DNA from: a virus
Length of the DNA stretch: 11,589 nucleotides
Strand: one strand, 5' to 3'
Virus record (IMG/VR): IMGVR_UViG_3300045988_066757
Location: 1-11,589 of that record
This document shows positions 1-6,145 of the stretch, piece by piece. Below the pieces are notes generated by a model, which worked only from the letters and a program-made list of their open reading frames with translations, was not told where the DNA came from and ran no database searches. The position numbers and the translations under genes were made by a program. Each line of letters begins with the position of its first letter. Positions within the stretch are counted from its first letter, which is position 1.

Positions 1-62
1 AAATATGCATAGCGACCTCTTTTTTAACATTTCCCAACACAGATTTAACACTAGCCAACACA

Positions 63-199
63 CTTTGGCACGCTTTTTGGTAGGTGCAATGCCACTCGAA
101 AGGCACGGCAGAAAAAATCTCTCTCGCCAACTTTGGCACGCTATTTGCATACCTCAAATGTTTTTGAAACTCGCCTTATTTGGCACGCTTTTTGCATAA
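63..199 (+). promoter_or_regulatory. Three direct copies of TTTGGCACGCTnTTTG(C/G); sigma-54 -24/-12-like elements or origin iterons (left ITR)
   Basis: TGGCAC-N5-TTGG at 66-80. TGGCAC-N5-TTGCA at 134-149 and at 181-196. Copies 2 and 3 extend to a 29-nt unit CTCGCC-N3-TTTGGCACGCTnTTTGCATA (123-151 and 170-198, 25/29 identical). All copies point inward, toward the 97-aa gene. Confidence 0.5.
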
Positions 200-242
200 A
201 GAAAAAAGATTTTTTATTTTAAGATTTATTAGTACAAAAAAA

Positions 243-274
243 TTTGCTATCACTCGTAAAAGTGTCTATCTTTG
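243..274 (+). promoter_or_regulatory. Bacteroidota-type housekeeping promoter (-33 TTTG / -7 TAnnTTTG) for the ITR gene
   Basis: TTTG at 243-246, a 20-nt spacer, then TATCTTTG at 267-274. This lies about 40 nt upstream of the ATG at 314, followed by an A-rich leader with no Shine-Dalgarno sequence. Confidence 0.6.
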
Positions 275-313
275 CACTATCAAATTAAAACAACAATTTA
301 AACAACAAACAAA

Positions 314-607
314 ATGAAGAAATCTTTTTTACGCGAAACGTCAAGATTACTAGCACAAACAAATGATAATCTAAGTTACGCGATTTCAGAGTTACGTGGT
401 AATGATACGTCTTTGCTTAAAGATATTCACGAAACATTAGAAAACATCGATGTTCTACTGCGATGTGAAGCAGATGGACGTGAAGCCCTAGAAATCGCTC
501 ACAAAAAAGAAATGTGGTTAAAAAATCAAGCATATTTTTTCATTCTTGACAGCGGTAATCTAGACGCTTTTCGAGAATATATTAAAGAGAACCCGAAAGA
601 ATTTTAA
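314..607 (+). CDS. Hypothetical 97-aa protein encoded inside the ITR (left copy); predicted mostly helical, function unknown
   Basis: ATG-initiated ORF with its own promoter and a downstream terminator. An identical copy lies at 10983-11276 (-). I recognise no motif. Confidence 0.8.
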   Translation: MKKSFLRETSRLLAQTNDNLSYAISELRGNDTSLLKDIHETLENIDVLLRCEADGREALEIAHKKEMWLKNQAYFFILDSGNLDAFREYIKENPKEF

Positions 608-613
608 TAAAAT

Positions 614-650
614 AACCGAAACGTAAAATTTTACGCTTCGGTTTTATTTT
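614..650. terminator. Bidirectional rho-independent terminator between convergent genes
   Basis: Stem AACCGAAACGTA (614-625) pairs with TACGCTTCGGTT (632-643) with one mismatch. It is followed by TTTTATTTT on the plus strand and by a T-rich run on the minus strand. It sits between the stop of the 97-aa gene (607) and the stop of the amidase gene (649). Confidence 0.7.
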
Positions 651-1053
651 AATTCAGTGGTAACAAACAAATTTTATTGAATGCTTCAATATCTTTTGCC
701 TTAAAGTTTGGGCAACTTTTATATTTGTTATAAGTGCAATGCCTTGTAACTTTTTTAATATCATATTGAGATATTAAGAAGTTACACACGTGCGCCAAAG
801 ATTCAATAACTTTTGCGGTCGGTTCTCTGCCGATGTAGGCAATACCTATGCTATTAGCGTTATGTCCTTTGCAGTGAGCACCTATTTCTATAATATTGCG
901 CCCTTTGTACCACTTGCCGTTAATATCAACTAAGAAGTGGTAGCCTATATCTCGCCACTTATTTACATTTACGTGGCACTTTCGTATTGCTTGCACGGTC
1001 GTGTTTGTCGGTGTATCGGTGCAATGTAAAATAATTTCGTTTATTTTTCGCAT
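649..1053 (-). CDS. N-acetylmuramoyl-L-alanine amidase endolysin (Amidase_2 / T7 lysozyme / PGRP fold)
   Basis: Blocks IILHCTDT, IGYHFLVD, GAHCKGHNANSIGIAYIG and RHC...KSCPNF match the zinc-ligand and catalytic blocks of T7-lysozyme-type amidases (His, His, Cys). It is the last gene of the late module. Confidence 0.9.
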   Translation of the reverse strand: MRKINEIILHCTDTPTNTTVQAIRKCHVNVNKWRDIGYHFLVDINGKWYKGRNIIEIGAHCKGHNANSIGIAYIGREPTAKVIESLAHVCNFLISQYDIKKVTRHCTYNKYKSCPNFKAKDIEAFNKICLLPLN

Positions 1054-1064
1054 AGTTTTAAAAT

Positions 1065-2657
1065 TTAAATTACATAAACACCACTATTAAGCAAATTATA
1101 AATTTGTTTTTGTTCTTCCTCAAGCATATTATGGGTGCTAATAATATCTACTGCATCAACCGAAACAAAACCCTTCAAATCGCCTAATACGCTGCGTTTG
1201 CTTTCATTGTTTCTAATATCGGATTTGCTTACATAAGAAGTAGCGTATAAATAAGGCTCTATTCCGTATAATGCGAAATCGTTCCAACTATCGCTACCTA
1301 CCTGCCTAATATCTTGTGATAGAGTTCTGTATATAACGTCTAAAGACGGTGTTATCTGCTCTACTTGGAAGACACTTCCATCACACGATAATTTTGCAAC
1401 TCCTTTACCTGTTATTATATTCACAACGTATTGTAGGTTTATTTCCTTGCCAACATATTCTTCGCTTAAAGAAACAAAACCTTTGAACGGTAGGAATATT
1501 TTAAAGTCGCTGGCATAGTCGGTTATATCCTTGTTTGGTGCCGGTACGGTAATACTACCATAGTCAAGCGTTATATTTTCAACCCCCGGAGTTTTTACAT
1601 TTATACCAGTATTATAGTTCCCTAATGATAGGGTACTTTCGCCGCTTTCGGTTATATCCGTGTATATCCTTTTAATGCTGCTTACATATTCGCCTATATC
1701 GATTGCCGTTCCCGTGCTTTGTATAAATCTTTGTTTCGCTAATTTGTCTAACGCAGCATCATTTACTATATAGACATTGATAGACCCGTATTTACCACCA
1801 ACGGGCGGCGTTGTGTCAGGCTTTGCACTTCCTGTAAGGTAATAATTACCTGAATTAGGGTCATTCACACCCTCATTCATTAACCACGAAAATACAGCCT
1901 TTTTATTTCCGTCCTGTAATGTGCTTTCAACTTCGTAATTGTCAAATGAAGATTCAAACGTAATTTTAGGTTTGCTTTCATTGTCGAATATATATTCAGT
2001 ATTAGCCGTTAGTGATATTGTTACTGGTTCTTTATCCTTGTAACGCTCTTTCAAGTTTTCAACGATACAATTTTCCGTTTGATTTTTTATTTTATACGAA
2101 CGTTCATAAGTTCCCGTTAACGTGATAGGGTAATCAAAATCAGCGTCATTTATAGTTATTTTAGCGTAGTGAGGTTGTGTCCCACTTATAACCATATTTA
2201 CAGATTTATCTAAATTGCCCTTATCTTTATAAGTCGCTTTAGCGTCAAAAAACCAATAGCCCACATTATCACCCGTAACGGTAATCTCTACTTGACTATC
2301 ATTTATAGTGTGTGATTCTGTCGTATCGGCAATTTCATTGTTTACCGTAACTTTCGGTACGGGTGTTCCCTCCTCGCTTTCGCCGTTTATAACTATATCG
2401 GGATAATCTTCGGGTGATAATTCAAGCCACGAAGAAACAGCCGTGTTTCCGTCTTCTGAAATTGTTAAATTATCTGTTTTTTCGTCACCCCATGTATAGT
2501 CATTATATACTAACGTGGGTTGCGGTTCTTTCTTTATAACCGTTCCTGTATTTGCTTTTACGGTAAATTGGTATTTACTTAAAAAACTACCCCCTTTCTT
2601 TTCTTCAAAAGTTACGGTTGTGTTAGGAATGTTATTTGTAAATTTAAAGTTTGCCAT
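1065..2657 (-). CDS. Tail structural protein, 530 aa; putative tail knob / receptor-binding protein
   Basis: Large beta-rich ORF downstream of the capsid gene. The start overlaps the upstream stop (TAATG at 2655-2659). The N-terminal half contains an internal duplication (DGNTAVSSWLEL versus DGNKKAVFSWLMN with similar flanks). The C-terminal half (FLPFKGFVSLSEEYVGKEINLQY ... FVSVDAVDII...EEQKQIYNLLNSGVYVI) reminds me of the C-terminal parts of phi29 gp9-type tail knob proteins; this is from memory and unverified. Confidence 0.8.
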   Translation of the reverse strand: MANFKFTNNIPNTTVTFEEKKGGSFLSKYQFTVKANTGTVIKKEPQPTLVYNDYTWGDEKTDNLTISEDGNTAVSSWLELSPEDYPDIVINGESEEGTPVPKVTVNNEIADTTESHTINDSQVEITVTGDNVGYWFFDAKATYKDKGNLDKSVNMVISGTQPHYAKITINDADFDYPITLTGTYERSYKIKNQTENCIVENLKERYKDKEPVTISLTANTEYIFDNESKPKITFESSFDNYEVESTLQDGNKKAVFSWLMNEGVNDPNSGNYYLTGSAKPDTTPPVGGKYGSINVYIVNDAALDKLAKQRFIQSTGTAIDIGEYVSSIKRIYTDITESGESTLSLGNYNTGINVKTPGVENITLDYGSITVPAPNKDITDYASDFKIFLPFKGFVSLSEEYVGKEINLQYVVNIITGKGVAKLSCDGSVFQVEQITPSLDVIYRTLSQDIRQVGSDSWNDFALYGIEPYLYATSYVSKSDIRNNESKRSVLGDLKGFVSVDAVDIISTHNMLEEEQKQIYNLLNSGVYVI

Positions 2658-3142
2658 TACTTATTACCTTTTATAGTTATCATTATCATTGTGCCTGTAT
2701 CATTCAATAGACCCATATTCGGAAACGGTACTTTTTCAAAGTGCGGCGTTCTTGAATATATGCTTTGCCTTGTGGATATGTATTTATCGGGGTCGTCAGA
2801 CAACACAACATGTCCCGTGGTCCTCAATATATCAGTTTCATACGTTTTTAGCACGTCCACAGATAGAAAAATTTCATAAGTAGAATTCCCTATAAATTTA
2901 ACGCTATCCACGAAATAAAAGCGTTGTAAACTATCTATTTTGCAGTAGTTGAATGTTGGTGCTGCTTGTAGTCTGACAAGCAAAACGGGGTGTAAAACGT
3001 CAAATGTTTTCCATAAAGTACAATCTAAATCAGTTGGCGAAGAAAGATTTTTATTTATTACTTTAGAATCTCCGTTATAGTTGTAAAAATGTATTGTTTC
3101 CATATCTGTATAAAATTTAAAGGGTAGGTAGTTATTAACCAC
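2657..3142 (-). CDS. Tail structural protein, 161 aa or shorter; possible tail-knob N-terminal-domain homolog
   Basis: ORF directly after the capsid gene and translationally coupled to the 530-aa gene. The segment RFYFVDSVKFIGNSTYEIFLSVDVLKTYETDI resembles the N-terminal signature of gp9-type tail knob proteins as I remember it. The listed start at 3142 is GTG and lies inside a hairpin. The first ATG is at 3103 (METIHF...), so the start is uncertain. Confidence 0.7.
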   Translation of the reverse strand: MVNNYLPFKFYTDMETIHFYNYNGDSKVINKNLSSPTDLDCTLWKTFDVLHPVLLVRLQAAPTFNYCKIDSLQRFYFVDSVKFIGNSTYEIFLSVDVLKTYETDILRTTGHVVLSDDPDKYISTRQSIYSRTPHFEKVPFPNMGLLNDTGTMIMITIKGNK

Positions 3143-3148
3143 CTACCC
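3122..3148 (-). terminator. Candidate attenuator/terminator hairpin after the capsid gene
   Basis: GGGTAGGT (3122-3129) pairs with ACCTACCC (3141-3148) around an 11-nt loop. In minus-strand sense it is followed by TTTAAATTTTAT. It lies 33 nt downstream of the capsid stop and overlaps the GTG at 3142. Confidence 0.3.
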
Positions 3149-3180
3149 ATTCACAAAACAACAATTTTAATAACCCAAAT

Positions 3181-4353
3181 TTAGGCTACAAAGAACACAA
3201 CAAAGTTTTCGTTGGTGTCGTTAAAATAACCTGCGTCAAACTTATAGTAATTATTGAAAAACTCTGCTTTTGCATTGTAGTTCGTTGTTACTCTTCGGTC
3301 GATGTTGCACACCCCGAGAGCGTCGCGGTCAAACATCACACCAAGAACGCCACTAATATCTACGTTTTGCCCGCTCGTCTCCTTGATGTTAATGTGTGCC
3401 GTACTTGCGAACTCGTAGTTTTTACCGCTACCTTGCCAAAACGGAATTGTTTCTGCATTCGGCAAGAGTACTTGGTCTTTGTTGTAGCTATCCGCGTATA
3501 GGTAAGTTCTTGCGGCTTTCTCGAAGTCAGACAAAAGAACAACGTGCAAATTGTCTTTAGGTGTGAAACGTGGCTTACCTCCTACGTTAAACGCACTTGA
3601 AATTGACGCCAAACGGTCGCTATACAAACCGATTGTATATGAAGCGAATTTAATGAAATCGGGGTCGGTTAGTGCTTTGTCAGCGGTAATAGTTGCGCCC
3701 TTTTGGTCGTTGTACAACTTTAGTAGGTTCACACAACGAGCGGTAGACCCTTTAGTATAATCCGTACCCTTGGCACCAGCAAAAGCGGCAGAATCTGCAA
3801 TGAGAGTTTCAGCAATCATGTTGTTGATGGTTCGCATAATTAACGCGTCTGTCTTAATTGTGATAGACTTTTCTACCGCATTATAAATCATTGAGTAGAA
3901 AGCGTTAAGTTGTTCAGAGTTACTGAAAGATTCTTTCACCTGTCGTTCTGTAATAGAAACGGCTACTTCAAAAGTAACTTTTGAATTAAAGAATTTTGCA
4001 GTAACAACGGGCTTATGGAATACATCCTGCGAATATGTTTGCCCGTCTGTCAATTCCCAACTTTTGTTTTCTTCGGCTTCGGGAATATCGGCATTTATCT
4101 TTTCGAGAACGCTGCCGAACTCCCAACTATCCATGAGAACGGAAGGAATTTTACCACTATAAGGGCGGTTAACAAATACCACTTTGCCGATGTGGTTAAC
4201 CAAAGATTTAACGTAATTGTCTACCGCATTTTGGTTAAACACTTCTTTACCCAAATCGACCAAACCAGTTAAATCTTCGGTTACAAGGTCTGTGTTACCT
4301 AGAACTTCTTTAGTTACGCTGTTAAGTAGTTCGTAAATTTGATTTACTTGCAT
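3181..4353 (-). CDS. Major capsid protein (HK97-fold type, phi29 gp8-like core without an Ig-like C-terminal domain)
   Basis: A 390-aa ORF in the canonical portal - scaffold - capsid position with its own strong promoter. Blocks such as DNYVKSLVNHIGKVVFVNR and QLNAFYSMIYNAVEKSI are reminiscent of podoviral capsid proteins (from memory). Confidence 0.75.
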   Translation of the reverse strand: MQVNQIYELLNSVTKEVLGNTDLVTEDLTGLVDLGKEVFNQNAVDNYVKSLVNHIGKVVFVNRPYSGKIPSVLMDSWEFGSVLEKINADIPEAEENKSWELTDGQTYSQDVFHKPVVTAKFFNSKVTFEVAVSITERQVKESFSNSEQLNAFYSMIYNAVEKSITIKTDALIMRTINNMIAETLIADSAAFAGAKGTDYTKGSTARCVNLLKLYNDQKGATITADKALTDPDFIKFASYTIGLYSDRLASISSAFNVGGKPRFTPKDNLHVVLLSDFEKAARTYLYADSYNKDQVLLPNAETIPFWQGSGKNYEFASTAHINIKETSGQNVDISGVLGVMFDRDALGVCNIDRRVTTNYNAKAEFFNNYYKFDAGYFNDTNENFVVFFVA

Positions 4354-4364
4354 AATATAATATT

Positions 4365-4934
4365 TTAGTAAATTGATTTTGTTATCTCATTTATAATTGC
4401 AAAGATAATATTTTCGCGCCAGTTTTTCAAACTAAATTGAATTTCTTTTTGTAGTTCGTCCGTGGCTGATTTTCCATTTAACCCCGTCACTACTTCGGTT
4501 ACTTCGGTTTTGTTCGTTCGCGTTTTGTCGCTTGTGTTATTGTCTTTGTCGTATTCCTCAAAAGTCGTAGTATTAAACGGCTTATTTGATGATACGTTTG
4601 TGTTAATGTTGTTCTCGCTCTCTGTAGCGTTATTTGTTTTTGTAGTGGTTTTATTCGTAGGTTTTAGCACGTTATACGTGGTATTGTACGCATCAGCCAC
4701 TTTTACCCAATTCGGGAGCATTAAGGCAATAACATTTTTAGCGTAGTTGTTTGCGTTTTCGCTTGTTATGGTGTTTAATACTTCTTTTTCTCCGTATTTC
4801 AAAAGTACTAAAGTATCAAGCCCTACACTATCCAATTCACCGAAAATTTTTGTGTATTGGTCGGGGTAATTCGCTTTGAATACCTTTGTAAATAACCCGT
4901 TTTGTGGGTCGGGGTATAACTCAATTATTTTCAT
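4365..4934 (-). CDS. Hypothetical 189-aa protein in the scaffold / head-tail adaptor position
   Basis: ATG ORF between the portal and capsid genes that overlaps the portal stop by 14 nt. It has a central N/T/K-rich low-complexity linker and helical ends. The function is inferred from position only. Confidence 0.75.
   Translation of the reverse strand: MKIIELYPDPQNGLFTKVFKANYPDQYTKIFGELDSVGLDTLVLLKYGEKEVLNTITSENANNYAKNVIALMLPNWVKVADAYNTTYNVLKPTNKTTTKTNNATESENNINTNVSSNKPFNTTTFEEYDKDNNTSDKTRTNKTEVTEVVTGLNGKSATDELQKEIQFSLKNWRENIIFAIINEITKSIY
4400..4431 (-). promoter_or_regulatory. Bacteroidota-type promoter for the capsid gene, embedded in the 3' end of the upstream gene
   Basis: Minus-strand sense: TTTG (4431-4428), a 20-nt spacer, TATCTTTG (4407-4400), then about 45 nt to the capsid ATG at 4353. 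The octamer and spacing are the same as in the ITR promoter. Confidence 0.6.
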
Positions 4935-5958
4935 TTTCTTTTCTTTTTTCTTCGTTCTTTTCTTCGTCTGTTTCTGTTTCTGTTTCTGTTTCCGTTTCTG
5001 TTTCTGTTTCTGTTTCTGTTTCCGTTTCTGTTTCCGTTTCTGTTTCCGTTTCGGTGTCGTTTACTTCTTTTTCTTGTTCACTAGCATTTTGTTCGTTTTC
5101 TGTTTCTGTTTCGTTTTTACGTATTGCCCAACTGCTACCCAATTCAACGCTAATTTCAGTACCAAACATTTCGTTTATTTTGTCTACTGCCTTTTTACGT
5201 TCTTGTAGCATATTATCTACGTATGGGTTCAAAGCGTCTACGTTCATTTGCACCTCGGATGTGTTAAGCCGTTCGCGCTTTAAATTGTAGTTTGCATTTA
5301 AGCCTATTTCATTAAACGCGCTAGCTTTGAAATACTGCAAAAGTTCTATTAACTGCCCTATTTGGTTTGCGCTTTGTGTGTTAATGCTTTGCAGATTTAC
5401 ACCCTTAAAAAATGCGTTTTCGCCAATTACGGAGAAATCCCCGTTTAAAATACGCGTTATAAATTCGTCCGCGCTTTGCTTTGTTTTATCATCGCTCGCA
5501 CTGATTAGCATTGTAATACGAGAGAGCACCGAGCACGTATTTAACGATAAAAGCGTATCAGAGCACAAAACCCCATATTTGCCGAAAATCGGTAAAAGAC
5601 TATTTGCGCCACTATCATTTTTTATAAGAATGCCATCTATACCTATTTTGTAGGTTTTATTTAAATTTAAATAGGGATTCGCCACTACGTATTCGGTTGG
5701 GTTGTTGTACACATCAGGAGTGCCACCCAAACCGCCCGTAAAAGCATACATTTTGCCGTCTACCTCTGTTACAAAAACGTTGCCGTTTGTCTGTAAAAGT
5801 CTTTCAAGTTCGTTTTGTGGCAAAGTATCGGGCAAACCTTTGTACACAAACATTGCTTGAGTTATAGCCAACATTTTGCGAATGTAGCTATTTACGCTTT
5901 TATCTTTGCCTTTTATTTCTTCTTGATATTTTAGGTAATAATTATCCTTCTTTGCCAT
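4921..5958 (-). CDS. Head-tail connector / portal protein (phi29 gp10 upper-collar type) with a long acidic repeat tail
   Basis: A 345-aa ORF. Blocks LPDTLPQNELERLL, GGTPDVYNNPTEYVVANP, NYNLKRERLNTSEV and RKKAVDKINEMFG line up with my memory of gp10-type connectors. It is located upstream of the scaffold-position and capsid genes. The C-terminal ~70 aa are acidic low complexity. Confidence 0.8.
   Translation of the reverse strand: MAKKDNYYLKYQEEIKGKDKSVNSYIRKMLAITQAMFVYKGLPDTLPQNELERLLQTNGNVFVTEVDGKMYAFTGGLGGTPDVYNNPTEYVVANPYLNLNKTYKIGIDGILIKNDSGANSLLPIFGKYGVLCSDTLLSLNTCSVLSRITMLISASDDKTKQSADEFITRILNGDFSVIGENAFFKGVNLQSINTQSANQIGQLIELLQYFKASAFNEIGLNANYNLKRERLNTSEVQMNVDALNPYVDNMLQERKKAVDKINEMFGTEISVELGSSWAIRKNETETENEQNASEQEKEVNDTETETETETETETETETETETETETETETDEEKNEEKRKENENN
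4969..5055. repeat. Hexanucleotide tandem repeat (YGTTTC)x14.5 encoding (TE)14T in the portal C-terminus
   Basis: Fourteen and a half consecutive TGTTTC/CGTTTC units on the plus strand. They are in frame on the minus strand as alternating Thr (ACA/ACG) and Glu (GAA). A shorter ETETE stretch is encoded at about 5098-5115. Confidence 0.95.
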
Positions 5959-6145
5959 AGATGTTTTTTATTAAATTTGTTAACTCTGAAAGTACCTTTG
6001 TATTTTCTTCTAAGGTACCCCGTAAATGTTCCGTTTCTTCTGCGTGCTTTGTGTCTTGCTTTGCCATGTAATAGAAAACAAGTAAACACATACCAATTGG
6101 AAAACCTACGTTTGAAATAAGTTGGGTTAATTCTGTAATATCCAT
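5942..6145 (-). CDS. Small single-pass membrane protein, YvrJ-like; possible holin
   Basis: MDITELTQLISNVGFPIGMCLLVFYYMAKQD followed by a charged helical tail. The NxGFPI motif plus a hydrophobic helix resembles the YvrJ family (from memory). The track starts the ORF at a GTG (6172), but the predicted -7 box ends at 6175, so the ATG at 6145 is the more likely start. It overlaps the portal start by 17 nt. Confidence 0.6.
   Translation of the reverse strand: MDITELTQLISNVGFPIGMCLLVFYYMAKQDTKHAEETEHLRGTLEENTKVLSELTNLIKNIYGKEG

Larger units (their letters stand above)
1..617 (+). repeat. Left inverted terminal repeat (ITR), 617 bp
   Basis: Positions 1-617 equal the reverse complement of 10973-11589. 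Checked by eye for 1-60 and 200-313 and through identical translations of both ORF pairs (5-199/11391-11585 and 314-607/10983-11276). Identity ends after TAAAATAACC (608-617), where the left side continues G and the right side continues C. The terminus reads 5'-AAATATGCAT. Confidence 0.95.

Noticed and set aside
84-115. Short hairpins in the ITR (for example TGCC-N8-GGCA around 92-108), considered as a structured RNA or pRNA domain
   Set aside because: The stems are only 4-5 bp, and no extended or multi-helix structure is discernible by eye. This is insufficient to call an RNA gene.
5-199. 64-aa ORF at the extreme genome terminus (mirror copy at 11391-11585)
   Set aside because: It starts 4 nt from the DNA end, so there is no room for a promoter. 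It is composed largely of the three repeated TTTGGCACGCT motifs, and the sequence reads as regulatory or origin DNA rather than coding. Its duplication follows simply from lying inside the ITR.
4969-5055. Tandem repeat considered as a CRISPR array or a non-coding microsatellite
   Set aside because: The unit is only 6 nt with no spacers, and it is in frame within a long, well-supported CDS.
4876-5290. Plus-strand ORFs 4876-5208 and 4904-5290 with FCFCF / VSVSVS repeats
   Set aside because: They are the antisense reading of the (TE)n hexamer repeat inside the portal gene. They are low-complexity artefacts with no start context or promoter.
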